DNA from: the human T2T-CHM13v2.0 reference genome, Homo sapiens | NCBI GenBank assembly: GCA_009914755.4 | Contig: CP068257.2 | Coordinates: 44,256,001-44,320,000, forward strand | Direction: 5' to 3' | Length of the DNA stretch: 64,000 bases | Shown here: piece by piece, positions 12,938-26,635 of the stretch | Position numbering within the stretch: the stretch's first letter is position 1 | How the letters are laid out: every line of letters begins with the position of its first letter | Notes under the pieces: generated by a model | Databases searched by the model: none | The model's input: only the letters and a program-made list of their open reading frames with translations | What the model was told of the DNA's origin: nothing | Made by a program: the position numbers and the translations under genes

Positions 12938-14130
12938 GCCGCCATTGTCTCTGTAGGAAAGGCGGCCGCGGCAGACAGAACCAGAGATGCACTGCCCGGG
13001 CCATTGGCACTGTAGGAAAGGCAGACATGGCACATAGAACCGGAGATGCACTGCCCGGGCCATTGTCTCTGTAGGAAAGGCAGACATGGCACATAGAACC
13101 GGAGATGCACTGCCCGGGCCATTGTCTCTGTAGGAAAGGCGGCCGCGGCACATAGAACCGGAGATGCACTGCCCGGGCCATTGTCTCTGTAGGAAAGGCA
13201 GACATGGCACATAGAACCGGAGATGCACTGCCCGGGCCATTGGCACTGTAGGAAAGGCGGCCGCGGCACATAGAACCAGAGATGCACTGCCCGGGCCATT
13301 GTCTCTGTAGGAAAGGCAGACATGGCACATAGAACTGGAGACGCACTGCCTGGGCCATTGTCTCTGTAGGAAAGGCAGACATGGCACATAGAACCAGAGA
13401 TGCACTGCCCGGGCCATTGTCTCTGTAGGAAAGGCGGCCGCGGCACATAGAACTGGAGACGCACTGCCCGGGCCATTGTCTCTGTAGGAAAGGCAGACAT
13501 GGCACATAGAACCGGAGATGCACTGCCCGGGCCATTGTCTCTGTAGGAAAGGCAGACATGGCACATAGAACCGGAGATGCACTGCCCGGGCCATTGTCTC
13601 TGTAGGAAAGGCGGCCGCGGCACATAGAACTGGAGACGCACTGCCCGGGCCATTGTCTCTGTAGGAAAGGCAGACATGGCACATAGAACCGGAGATGCAC
13701 TGCCCGGGCCATTGGCACTGTAGGAAAGGCGGCCGCGGCACATAGAACCAGAGATGCACTGCCCGGGCCATTGTCTCTGTAGGAAAGGCAGACATGGCAC
13801 ATAGAACCGGAGACGCACTGCCTGGGCCATTGTCTCTGTAGGAAAGGCAGACATGGCACATAGAACCAGAGATGCACTGCCCGGGCCATTGTCTCTGTAG
13901 GAAAGGCGGCCGCGGCACATAGAACTGGAGACGCACTGCCCGGGCCATTGTCTCTGTAGGAAAGGCAGACATGGCACATAGAACCGGAGATGCACTGCCT
14001 GGGCCATTGTCTCTGTAGGAAAGGCGGACATGGCACATAGAACCGGAGATGCACTGCCCGGGCCATTGTCTCTGTAGGAAAGGCGGACATGGCACGCAGA
14101 ACCTGACACTGCCTGGGTCATTGGATCATT
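12938..14130. repeat. Minisatellite, 59-bp unit, ~20 copies (gtaggaaaggcagacatggcacatagaaccggagatgcactgcccgggccattgtctct). It begins 10 nt after the exon donor at 12929.
   Basis: Successive gtaggaaagg occurrences fall at 12953, 13012 and 13071. Copies alternate ggcggccgcggc and gcagacatggc variants. Confidence 0.92.
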
Positions 14131-14787
14131 TTTTAATCTTATTTTAAGCAATCTCAAACTTACAAGGCAGTTATAGGTACAGCCCCTTTGAGACAGTGCC
14201 AACCTGATATCTTCTGCGTGTTTCCTACAAACAGGGACCTTCTCCAGCACAACCACACACAGCCATCAGTGTCAGGGCACCCACACGGATGCGTTCCCAC
14301 CACTGGCCTCCCTTCACAGCGGCCGCAAAGCATCCCCTGGTCCCCTGTCTCAAGTCCCTTCCACCTGGAGTAGGTCGTCGGCTTTGACTGTGCAGTCGGC
14401 ACTTTCTGCACAGCGTGTGTGGAGCACCCATGCCTTGGTCTAGGTCTCCTGGCCGTTGGCAGGAACGTGGCAGCAGCTCTGTCCCGGGGTGTGCCTGTCA
14501 GCCGCTCCCAGGAACCTGTCCTCAGACTTTCAGAGCATGTGTTTCTATCCTCTGGGAGTCAGGTTGCTATGTTGTTCCCCGGCTTTTCCTTCCATGACCA
14601 CGTGATTTGCTCCGATGCCCTCGCTGCCCCTGCTTTGGCCAGAACCCCAAGGCCCGACGAGTCCCTGTTCCTATAGCCCCATCCTGCTCTTTGCTCATCT
14701 TGTCTTCCTTGTCCCAGTCCTGGAACCAGCCACTGCCCCAGCAGCTCCTGTGTGTGGTGGCATGTTCTGGAAGCCAGGATGCATGGT

Positions 14788-14850
14788 GCTCCTGGGCTGC
14801 TGTGGGTCCTGGGCTGCTGTGGGTCCCGAGCTGCTGTGGGTCCTGGGCTG
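14788..14850. repeat. 18-bp tandem repeat, ~3.5 copies (ctgggctgctgtgggtcc)
   Basis: Direct tandem copies. Confidence 0.8.
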
Positions 14851-15295
14851 CACCCCTGCAGAACACTTCCTTCCATGTTCAGCTCCCTATATGGAACCCC
14901 AGTTCCAGCCCCACAGCACAGGGTCCCCCAGTTCTTCCTGCCTCAGGTGTGCACCACGAGGAATCCAACTGCCAGTATCTGTGCGTGGCCTCCCGCCGGG
15001 AGGAGGCTGGCGGAGGCTCTGAGCTCTAGCCCCACAGCACTGGCACATCCTAGATTTCCGGGAAGACACGGCCTCCTCCCCAGGGGAAGGTGGTGGTGCC
15101 CACACCCAGAGCATTCATTCCTGCAGTGGAGACAGAGGGACCTGCCTCTCCAACTGTGGGTGGCAGGAGCCAAGGCGCATGGTAAATGGGGCTCTCTGTG
15201 AGGCCAGGTGCACGGCCCCATCTCCAGCAGCAGCGGCCATGCCACCCAGCTGCACTCTGTGGGGGAGGTGCCATGATTGACGGGGGCCCCTCCCT

Positions 15296-15960
15296 GTGTC
15301 CAGTGTCCTCCTCCCTCCACGGGCCCCTCTGCACACCGTCCTCACAGCCTCCCTCTACACACCGTCCTCACAGCCTCCCTCTGCACACCGTCCTCACAGC
15401 CTCCCTCTACACACCGTCCTCACAGCCTCCCTCTGCACACCGTCCTCACGGCCTCCCTCTGCACACCGTCCTCACAGCCTCCCTCTGCACACCGTCCTCA
15501 CAGCCTCCCTCTGCACACCATCCTCATGGTCTCCCTCTCCTTCCACAGACCCCTCTGCTCGCCATCCTGACGGCCTCCCTCTCCCTCCACGGACCCCTCT
15601 ACACACTGTCCTCCCAGCCTCCCTCTACACGCCATCCTCACAGCCTCCCTCTCCCTCCACGGGCCCCTCTACACACCGTCCTCACGGCCTCCCTCTCCCT
15701 CCACGGGCCCCTCTGCACGCCGTCCTCACGGCCTCCCTCTCTCTCCACGGGCCCCTCTGCACGCCGTCCTCACGGCCTCCCTCTCTCTCCACGGGCCCCT
15801 CTGCACGCCGTCCTCACAGCCTTCCTCTTTTTCCACAGACCCCTCTGCACACCGTCCTCACGGCCTCCCTCTCCCTCCACGGGCCCCTCTGCACGCCGTC
15901 CTCACGGCCTCCCTCTCCCTCCACGGGCCCCTCTGCATGCCGTCCTCACAGCCTCACCGA
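15296..15960. repeat. Minisatellite with a 30-bp unit (cacaccgtcctcacagcctccctctg), grading into a 60-bp unit (ccctctccctccacgggcccctctgcacgccgtcctcacggcctc); ~15 units
   Basis: Tandem copies are visible. They give a spurious 334-aa Pro/Ser-rich + strand ORF. Confidence 0.88.
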
Positions 15961-16574
15961 CGTCACCATTGCTGGCCCCGCTTCAGGTGACAGGCCACAG
16001 TAGCACCTGTCAGCTCTGTCCCGCTGCTGGACAGGGAGATACTGGGCCACTCAGCCCAGCGGGGAACGTGTGTCCCGAAACTGCCTTGGGCTCGCCATCA
16101 GAACTGTGGCAGCATCTTCCAGCGTTCCTTTTAACAGGCTGCCGTTGGAATAGGAGTCACGGAGCAATTGCAGTGCTAAGTTTTCTTTAAGTCACACAAT
16201 TGAAGGAGGCTTTATTTTTCACACATTTCTTCCAGAGTTTCCTGGTAGCCTGAGTGCATGGGTGATGCCCCCTGAGTTATTTATCAGGGGCAGCCAGCTG
16301 CCCTCCCCCGGGGCACTTACAGTCAGCCCATCTCTGTCCTGGTCAGGTGGGCGCCAAGGAAGACCCGGCTCAGGGCCTCTGTATGGGCAGCCTGGCTTGT
16401 ACACACACCCCTCCCCACCAGCAGATTCTGAATTCTCCCTTCTTCATGCACACCGGGAAGGTCCCTTCTGCACTCATACCGGGAAGGTAGGCAGGTTTCG
16501 GTAGTGTCTGCCTCCAGTGTTTTCCTCCTCCTGCTCTATGACATCATCTTTCTGTGATTTTTTTTTTCTTGCAG

Positions 16575-16598
16575 GAAGTTGGAAGCATCATCGGGAAG
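16575..16598 (+). CDS. PCBP3: PCBP3 micro-exon EVGSIIGK (KH1 GXXG loop region)
   Basis: Acceptor tttttttcttgcag| and donor |gtaattat. The 24 nt keep the frame, and IIGKKG is the KH GXXG motif when joined to the next exon. Confidence 0.9.
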
Positions 16599-17566
16599 GT
16601 AATTATTGATTGAATCTCTGCCTCTCCTGGGGTCTCTGTAAGGGGATGGTGAGGATGGCAGCCTCCCTGGGTACTAGGTGGCACCCAGTAGGTGCGCCTT
16701 TCCCAGTTGGTGGGTGGTCTGTGTTCCATGAAGACAGGACCCCAGAGGTGTCGCCTTTATGCTGTATGACATTGAAGCTGGTCCCTGGCTCTGCGTGGCC
16801 TGAGGGGAAGGGGTTCACTCCAGCTGGTCGCCTCGCTGCCCCCTGCCCGTGGCCTTGGTGGCCAGTCCTTCTTTCCCGGTTGAAGACCCCACGAAGAATG
16901 ATTTCTCACGCCTTCTTCAGCCGGCTGTGTAGTCTGGGTGGTCTCCAGGAGTGCCAGTGGAGGCAGCAGCCCCCAGACAATTCCTTTCCAAATCAGGGCT
17001 GGCCCGGGGGAAGTAAGGCCCAGTTTGGAAGCCTGCTGCCCCGGGAGGCCGAGCAGTGAGGGCCACCTCCCTGTCTTCATCACATTTTCACCGCTTCCGG
17101 GGGTCCTTCCCCTCAGTCCCACCATGGGGGCGCCTCTAGTAGCTCATTGTCCCGGCTTCCTCCCAAACGCTTGAGAGGGCGCGTCTCTGAGAGTCACCAC
17201 CTCCGGGAGGCTGAGCCAGAGTGTAGCCGGCAATGCGGGGCGCCTGAGGGCACGCACACTGCCATGTGCCATGAGTGAGCTGCCATGGGGAGTCAGGTCA
17301 GACCTGCGCCACCCTTGCCAGCTGTGTGCCTGTAGGTGGGTGCACTTGCATTCCTGGGCCTCAGTTTCCCATCTGAAATGTCTGCCAGGGTGTGGTGGGC
17401 ATGGAGCCTGGCCTTCTTAGTGGAGAGGCTGGTTTGCTCCTCCAGCACAGGCAGGAGGCTCTGCTGTGTGGGCGTATGGGCCAGGCTGCTCCCCACCCAC
17501 CATGGGCCGCGCCGTCCTCAGAGCCAGAGGGATACCTTTTCCTTATTGTCTAAATCTTTATTCCAG

Positions 17567-17599
17567 AAAGGAGAAACTGTGAAGAAGATGCGTGAGGAG
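17567..17599 (+). CDS. PCBP3: PCBP3 exon KGETVKKMREE
   Basis: Acceptor ctttattccag| and donor gag|gtgagtgt. The exon stays in frame. Confidence 0.9.
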
Positions 17600-17972
17600 G
17601 TGAGTGTGGTGGGTCCCCACCTGTCCGCAGCCATTCCCGGGTGGGCGGGGTGGGTCCCCAGGCTCTGCCCCTGCCGACGTCCTGCCTGTGCTCTTGGCCA
17701 GCCGGGGTGTGTGGGGAGTGCAGTGCGGGGCCTCTTTTCCCCTACTCAGGCCTCCTGTGCTCCCCTGTGGGGAAGGAATCTGTTGGATTCCTTTTGCTAG
17801 TTAAAATTTCATTGTAAAGGAGATTGTTGAGAAGCATTTTACTGTTCATTCATGGTTTCCGTCAGCAGACAGAGGCATGTGTTTGTGTCAATTGTCAACG
17901 GACTTGCGGCCCCCGACCCACTGGCCCAAGGGTTTTAATCAGGTCGCTGGGGTTTCTCTGCTCTCACCTTAG

Positions 17973-18419
<447 letters not shown>

Positions 18420-18611
18420 TGACCCTTGGGCCACACCAGCACCTCCAGCCTCCAGCCAGCTCTGCCACATGGCTCTCGATGAAGCCCTGGCTGGCACAGC
18501 CCTGGTCCTCAGCCACACAGCACCATGCCTCTGGGGCCCCCGTGACAGCTGATGTAGCCTGGCTGAGATACGGACGGTAAAGGTAGAGGCCATCCGTGAT
18601 AGTGGATATGA

Positions 18612-18810
18612 GACAGAGACAGAGAGAGAGACAGAGAGAGAGAGGAAGACAGAGAGAGACAGAGAGATGAGAGAGAGAGAGGAAGACAGAGAGAGACAGA
18701 GAGATGAGAGAGAGAGAGGAAGACAGAGAGAGACAGAGAGATGAGAGAGAGAGAGACAGAAAGAGAGAGAGACAGAGACAGAGAGAGAGCGAGGGGGAGA
18801 GAGCAGCACT
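18612..18810. repeat. Purine-rich (GA)n / (GAGAGACA)n simple repeat, ~200 bp
   Basis: The region consists of agagacagagagagagacagagagag... as a homopurine tract. Confidence 0.9.
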
Positions 18811-21246
18811 TCTGTGTATTCTGTCATTGAATGAAATTTTAATGTCTTTATGTGTTTCTAATTTTCTTGAAATTGCTGGAAGTTAGAGATGCATTTAGTG
18901 TCTTTGAGGAGTGACCATTAAGTAATGAGGTGCACTTTGTGGGAATAAACAAAGACCCCTCCAAGGGAGAATGGGCAGAGGCTCTTTATTATCCAAAGCT
19001 GGCCATGGTGGGGGTCGGCGCCATCTTCTGTGCTTGGCAGAGACTCAAAGGCAGGCAGGAGGGGGAGCTTGGGAGTGGGAGAGAAGAGGAGAGATGTGCC
19101 CTGGGGCCAGCAGTAGGGCTAGAAGTGGGGCATCCCATGTGACTGGTTGGAGGAGTGTGCGAGGCCTTTTCCAGTGGGTCCTGAGTTGGAACTGGGGATG
19201 CACATGAGGGAAGCTGACTGCCCAGAGCCGACTGCAGCAGAGCCTGTGGCCTGGCCTCCAAGGCTGGACACTGCAGACACTGGGGCCAGTGTTCCCCTAT
19301 CGTAGGTGGCCTGGCCACTGTCTGTAGGTTGTCTCTTAGTTTCCCCTTTAAGCCACTCTCTCATTTGCAAGAGGATAGACAGTTCAGGAAAGGCTAGAGA
19401 GCCAGGTCACGCCGCTTGGGGATGGTTTAGTTGCCTTTTTGGTCAGCTGTGCTTCAGGGTCCTCTGGATCTTTCTGTTGCTGAGTCATCCTGGCCGTTGT
19501 CTGATGGGAGACTGATGGAATACAGCAGACCAGCATCATGACACCAAAACAGAAACAAGAACAACCCAGTCCCCGGATGGTGGTGAGACCAAGAGCGCCG
19601 TTACCCAACCCAAGGCAAGAGGACACATCCCATAGCCATGAGGACCAGCCTTGGAGAGCCTCATAGCCGCTCCTTAGGGTGCTGGGCAGCCCACTCCTGG
19701 GACCTTCGCTCTGCAGGTAACATGTGCAGTGGCACAGACGCCAGCATGGCTGGCCAGCAAGAAACTGGAGAAAAGCAATCACCCACCGCTGCTTGTGCCA
19801 ACACGTCTTCCACCCAGGGCAGGCGGTGTCCCGAATAACTTCTGCTGGAGTTGGCGATGGGTTTCTGACCGCACTTTCTGCCTGTGTGATTCCCACTGTG
19901 GGGGACACTCAGTCATCCCTTCCACGAGTACACAAATAATCACAGGTGGCCTCGTTTTGGAACTCGAGTTTGAGTCAGAATTTCCAGCTGTGGAGATTAT
20001 AGAATTAGGGTCTTTGTACACAGAGAAGTCTCAGGATACCATTCCTAAGATGTCTGAGGTATTCATCTGAGGCCAGCAGGGCCTGGTGACTGGTCCCAAG
20101 GAAGCAGTGTCTGGTGGAGGCATATGGAGACTGGGGAAGGGCTGTTGCTCAGGACAAGAGGTTGGAACCAAGGCCTGTGTCCTCCAGCTTCAGTTGGGAC
20201 CTGTTTTAGTTTCTCCCTCGTGGCCAGGGTTTCGTGGCCAGTTGCCCCATGCAGGTTGCTGAATTTAAGTTTTGAATGACCTAGGGACCGATCAGTAAAC
20301 TTTAATAATTGGTTGCTTTTCTAGGAGAAAGGGACGCTAGCAAAGTCACAGGCAATTTGTTTAGAGTCAGTTGTCCACGTAGATGCAAGCAGAAAGACCA
20401 TCAGCTGTCATTCCCCAGGGTCCCATTTGATGAGACTGGCATGTCTAGAGATGTGCATCCCTGGGGCCTGGTGGTGGGCGGTGTGTCCAGTGGTCAGTGA
20501 GAGTGAGGGCAGTGGTTACTGTTTGGGATAATCAAGAATGGCACTAGAACGAATATGTGCTAACATAACAATTATCATAAAGTGAAAAGAAAATAGAAAA
20601 GGGACCATCAACAGAGGTGGATGACAACCAGGGGTCCATGGAGAATAAGAGGGAGAATGATTATATATAAGCAGATGAAAAATGAAACAAATCAGACAGA
20701 GGTCTTGTCAGGACATCTGAGCAGACATTGTCCCTTGTCCAAGGTCTTCATCTTGCAGGAAGGTCTGAGATCAGCCGTCTGTTTATGAAGAATGGCTGCC
20801 TCTAGAGGATCTCAGAGAACCTCAGTTTGAGGTCCTGTGTGGGAGTCTTTTTCTAGTTGTGTGGAATTCTGAATCGCTGCTTTGGCTGTGAAATGTGAAA
20901 CCAAGGACTGATTCCTTGGAGTTTCACTGCTGGATTTGTTAGCAATACTTGTAAGACCCCTTGCAATGAGTTTAGAGAAACAGATTTTCTCTGACGTCCC
21001 TTCCAGTAGACAAAATCTCCTGGTTGAAGGTCCTAAGGAGGATGTTTGGGAAGATGTCATGGGAAGCAGCCGTAACCTACGCTATTACGTAGGTTATGTA
21101 GGGCTGTGCTGAGTCCTCTACAGTCATTTGTCATCTCTGCCGCAGCAGGGCAGAGTCGAGTATCAGGAATTCCTAAAGGTACAAGCCTTCCAGTCATCAG
21201 TCCATGGAGGAAGAGCTGAGATGTCTCCAAGCGCGCAGACTGTATG

Positions 21247-21466
21247 GCCAAGGAAGCTCGAGGGATTCGGACAGTTTTCATCTTTTGGTCCTTCGGTTTT
21301 TCCAGAAGACTGTGGATGCTCAGGAAGCTCGAGGGATTTGGAGTTTTCATCTTTTGGTCCTTTGGTTTTTCCAGAAGACTGTGGATGCTCAGGAAGCTCG
21401 AGGGATTTGGAGTTTTCATCTTTTGGTCCTTCGGTTTTTCCAGAAGACTGTGGATGGTCAGGACAG
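21247..21466. repeat. 69-bp tandem repeat, ~3.2 copies
   Basis: The unit is ggaagctcgagggatttggagttttcatcttttggtcctttggtttttccagaagactgtggatgctca. The 69 = 3x23 bp unit yields the repeated 23-aa pseudo-ORF on the minus strand. Confidence 0.88.
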
Positions 21467-24400
21467 TGTTGTTCTTGAGTAAGGGGTAACTACTCAGAGA
21501 GTTCTGTTATAATGGTTTGTGTAAAATGTATTTCTCAATCACTTCATGTAAAAGTTGGTATGCTTCAGGTTGGAAATGCAAAATCAAGGAATTTTTTGGC
21601 AACTTTAAGGACCGTAGCTTTTAAACAAGGAAGTGCTTCAGCCCATCCTGAAAACACACACATAACAGCGAAAGTATTTCCAGTCCCAAGTGAACACTGG
21701 TTAAAATCTACCTGAAGGTGCTCAGAGGGCCCTTGAGTCGTTGCTCTGGGGCCGTGTCTCACCCTCACACCATGTCACGATTGTGCTGGTGACGGATACC
21801 TGGCCTTAAAAGAACCTCAGCAGTCTTTGTAAAGCTTCCCACCAGTGTTGACTGGAGATATTCATCCAGTCTTTGTAAAGCTTTCCCACCAGTGTTGACT
21901 GGAGATATTCATCAATTTGTCTACAGCATGATGAGTAGTTTCATGGATTGACTTAGCGAATATCTGTTTGAAATCATCTGGTACCACAGCCAGCTGAGAG
22001 CACCAGAGATTGAGTAAAGGATACAACCAGAATTTTCAGAATTTGTCCATTCTTCCTTTTCAAAATCAGGGGCGAAGTGTTGAAATCTTACAATGGCCTC
22101 TTGGCTTGCCTCCAGAGATCCAAACTTCGAGGCTTAGCTGGAGTCAAGCTGTGGCTAAAGCACTAGTTGGGCAGAATGACCCCCCAGAGCACCTCCTCCA
22201 ACGACCGCATCTCCGTCTGCACTGGCCTCGCATCTGCAGTCACCACCTCTCTAGGAAGAAGTGTGCCCAAGAACTCAGCACCCGGCCCACGTAGGGTGGG
22301 CTTCCAGCAGAGCTAAAAGCCCCTCTGTTTCCAGAGCATCCACCGCCATGGGCCCTTGGTTAGTTGACAAGTGCTGGCAAGTGTGATGAGTTCTGCATCT
22401 GGCAGACTTTCTGCACCACAGAGGACTGTGCCGAAGGAGAGAGCCAGGTCAGCGGCAGCACACTGTCCCAGCCTGCTTGGGCTGCCATTGCAAAATGCCA
22501 TGACTGCGTGGCTTACACGGCAGACGCTGGTTCTCTCACAGTCCAGGAGGCTGGAAGTCTCAGATGGAGGTGCCATCAGGGCCGGTTCCTCTGAGGCCTC
22601 TCTCTTTGGCTTGCAGATGCCGTCTTCTTCCTGGGTCCTCACAGAGTCACCCCTCTGTGTGTGTCAGTTCCTTGTCTCCTCTTACAAGGACACCAGTCAG
22701 ATTACATTAGGGTCTACTGTAGGGACCCCATTTTACCTTAGTTACCTCTGTAAAGCCCCATCTCTAAACACAATCACACGGAGGGTCAGGGTTTCAGTGG
22801 ATGAACTTGGTCCGGTTCTGCAGCACAGGCCCTGCCTGATCACCTCCAGCTTCAGTTGTGAAGTGGGATGTTAGGCCGGGATTCTCGACAGAGTCCACTA
22901 AGGCTGCAGGTAGGTGGGGTCCTCCACAGACTTCCTCGTCTCTGAACAAAGAGGGCGTCACCACGATGTGTCAGAACTGAATCGCTAGGGAGATTTAGGT
23001 CTTCTAAGTCTTAATGAGGACCTGGAAAAAGCAGGAGGAGACTTCAGTGACCCCCAGGGCGTGGCTGTCCAAGTTCATCATTGTCCTCCCCATTGAGGGC
23101 AAAACATGCTCACTCTCCTGGTCTAGCGGCAGCCCTGGAGGGGCAGCGTGAACACCCACCACCATGAAGCACGTGGCTTTGGGAAGAATGGACAGCAAAG
23201 TTGTGTTTCGGTTCAGTACCCCTAGGAAGTAAGGGAGAATAATTTTGTTGGTGGCCCTGAGGTCTTCGGCAGATCAGTATCTTGGTATCTGTACTGGCAG
23301 GACAGGCGTGTCACAGGGGCTGGGGTCAGGTCAGGAAGGCCTTTGGGTAGGAGCCGTAGGGGTGGGGTCGGGCCGGGGAGGCCTTTGGATAGGGGCTAGG
23401 GTCGGGTCGGGAAGGCCTTGGACAGGGGCCGTTTGTCTGTAGTTTGAGCCCTTCTTTTGGATTTGGGGTCACAGGATTGTGGAGAATTTCGGGTCATGTT
23501 TTGGTGGAACCTCTCGGAGCCTTTAGAGGCTCTGCCCCGGTCATTTTGCCTGTGTTAGTGGGATTGTGTCAGGTGCAGCGTCAAGACCCTTACCCGGAGT
23601 CTACACCCACCTCATGAGGCAGGGGTCTGCCCAGAGCCCACACACTTGCCGGTGGGCCGAGGAGTTCTCCGGGAGCTCAGGAAACAGTGTCTCTGATGTA
23701 CATTTAAGATGCCATCCCGTTTTCAGGCAAAGTCTCTGCCTACTAAATTTTCAGGGGTGGAGTCCCAGAGCAAGAATGAATGTTTTCCAATCAAGGGCCC
23801 AAGGGTTACAGTTCAGGGCTGGAAAATAGGGAGAGAAAACACGGCGGGTGATTTGAAACGCCTCCCAGGGTGTGGTGTACCTAAACTGAGGAGGAGGATG
23901 ACGTGAGACCTTTCTGCAGGTCGGATGCAGGAAGAGCCGCAGTGGCCACCAGGAGGATGAGGAAGACCACCTGCGTCCAGTGTTAGTCACCCTGAGAGCT
24001 GAAGGCCAGGCGGAGGCCGGCCGCCCGTTCCTTCCTCGGGCTCCCTCACTGCCTGGACCCAGGATCTTTCTATGTCTCAGTTGTTCTTTCTGGGGATGGG
24101 ATCATCTTTTCTCTGGTGTCCTTTCTGAATGCAGCAGCTATTACATGAGTGTGCTTGTTGGGTGCTGGGGCTGGTGAGGGGCGCCTAGCTCTCTGGTCTG
24201 CAGGAGTCCTGGCTCATTTTTGTTCCAGAGCTTTTTCAGTGTGTTCTGCCAGTGGCTGTCATTCAGCAGAAGGGCTATTCCCATCCCTACTTCTGCGTTC
24301 GAGTGGGGTTTCACTCCACTGACCTCATGGGACGAAAGGGCTGCCCTCACGCCAGCGCCTCCCTTACCTCGAAGGGTAGAGACAGTCGAGGTTGTCGGAA

Positions 24401-25532
24401 GGGACTTTCTAGTCTGTCCCCAGATCTCCAGTTGTTTCATCTTACGTCTGTCTTTGTGCTTGTTCTAATCAGTTCCTACTGGAGATGTTTTAGGGGTGGC
24501 ATTTAGGACTTTGCTATGGGACCTTTTTTGACCCTCGGGTTCATTTGTTGACAGAGTTCAGGTAACTCTGGGTCATGTGCAACCGAAAGAATTCTAAATT
24601 CTTCTGTTGGTCATTGCAGGTCTTGTCTGGGTGTAGGGAATCTGTAAGTGTGGCTCTGAATTCAGCTCCAATCCAAGGTTTAGCTTCTGGAGTTGCCTAT
24701 TCGCCTGGCTCTCGGGGGATGGGTTTTTACAGGCAGCTGGCATTTGGGGGTTTTAGGAGGGCTGGAAAAGATAGAGGTAGAGTCGATGGAGGAGCTGGAA
24801 GGGAAGGACGGGGCGGGGGGAGTGCTGGGCAGGGGCAGTGAGAGGAAAAGGAGGGAGAGCTTACGAGCCTGGGGGTCTGGTTTGTTGCCGACGTCTGCCA
24901 GGTTGCTGACTAGCTGTAGCCAAAGAATGTTTTAGTGAAACTATTTTTAAATGAGAAGTTCACTTGAAGGCCTCTTCATACCAATCAAAAAATGCTGCCC
25001 ATTGGGCCTGAAAAAATCTTATTATCTTTCTTTTTTAAGGTGCCTCTGAATGAACAATTTCGTTAAAGTCAAATGTTCCCCCAGGGCAGCCAGTGAGGCC
25101 CAATCATCCTTGGGGAATTGAGGCCACTTGGAGAGACAGGCACCAGAATTCCAGTTGCAGTGACTCCATTCAAGGAGTTTTCCTGGGAGAGGAGGGGATT
25201 GAGACATGGCCCCATGAGAGCGGGTGGCAGGAAGTGGGAATTTAGTGTCCGTGCCTGTGCCTCAGGTCCCTAACCCGACACCTTGACACACAGAGCCTCT
25301 CCCCAGCCTCACCAGAAAGAACGCTCTGTGTGGGTCAAAGTCAAGCTCTCAGCACAAAAAATAGACAAAGGGGACACCATCCTATTTCCTTGCTAGTCTA
25401 TAGCAGTTTGTCCAGGCACACACTGACCAAGCCTTGTTTCTAAGAAGAGGGCACTTTTCGTGGAGAGCAAATCCTGTTGCCCTGAATCGTAGCTCAGGCA
25501 TAATGGATCCAGAGCTGGGGGTGTCCTGGGGG

Positions 25533-25653
25533 TGCTGCCCTGTCACTGCCTCTGCCGCGCTGTCCGCCACGCTCTGCAGCGAGCTCCGGAGCTGCCCTGT
25601 CACTGCCTCTGCCGCGCTGTCTGCCACGCTCTGCAGCGAGCTCCGGGCCACAG
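25533..25653. repeat. 60-bp direct duplication (2 copies)
   Basis: The unit is ctgccctgtcactgcctctgccgcgctgtc.gccacgctctgcagcgagctccgg. Confidence 0.85.
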
Positions 25654-26311
25654 CCTGGACACGCCCCATGCGGCTGACAGAAGCCCTGTCCCCCACGGGT
25701 TGCCAGCCTGAACCCAAAGCCCAGCTCTGTCTCCTGGGTGTCAGGACCATGAGCCAAACCAGGCTGCCCAGGAGGGTGGGCACAGGCCGCCCCCCACCTC
25801 AGCCTTCTCACGCTTCTACATTAACCACACATCTCCTTCCCTAGGCCAGACACCAGGAGCCATTCTCTGCCCCCGTGCCCTCCACACCCAGTCGTGGCCT
25901 GTCCCCGACATCCCTGCCTTACCTGGCTCTGGGCATCAGACCCAGCCCCCAGCTAGTCTCCAGCCTCCATTCTCCCCTCCCCTTAGGCCAGCACCCACAC
26001 TTCCTGTATCAGCCTGTCTGTCCACACCCCCTGCCCACCAGGTCTCCACGACCAAGGCCAGACCCGCCCCAACCCCACTGCGGCACGGTGACCATCCTGC
26101 CTTGCCGTCTGTGTGCCCTGCCAGCCTGCCCATCCATTTCAGCGACGTCTCCTGGTCCTCCCTGGCCTGGCCTGGCCACTTTGTCCTCGGCTGTGCATGA
26201 CAGGGGCTCTGTGGGCTTCTGAGTGTGGGAAGTCAGGACACACCCCCTGCCCTCCTGCTTTCTCACTGCACGACGCCTGAAGTGCTGCCAACACACGTGT
26301 CTCTCCCCTAG

Positions 26312-26482
<171 letters not shown>

Positions 26483-26635
26483 TAGGCGGGCTGCGGGTGG
26501 TGGCCACAGGCCAGGCAGCCTTCCTGAGCCTTGTCCCTGCTGTCTGCAAGCCCAATGCTGGCCACGCAGACCCCACAGCTCAAAGTGCGAGACAGGAACA
26601 CAGGACCCATGAGCAAGCACAACTGCACTGCAGGG

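Noticed and set aside
12838-14256. Minus-strand ORFs of 396-472 aa overlapping the first PCBP3 exon
   Set aside because: They are read-through of the 59-bp VNTR, which is stop-free in all minus frames, and run antisense to a verified coding exon. The peptides are periodic.
15186-16190. + strand 334-aa Pro/Ser-rich ORF on the same strand as the gene
   Set aside because: It lies within the 30/60-bp minisatellite with no splice sites linking it to PCBP3 exons, and its peptide is a periodic reiteration. It is not part of the KH-protein reading frame.
21057-21489. ORFs with a repeated 23-aa block (MKTPNPSSFLSIHSLLEKPKDQK)
   Set aside because: They are artefacts of the 69-bp (=23-codon) tandem repeat with ~3 copies.
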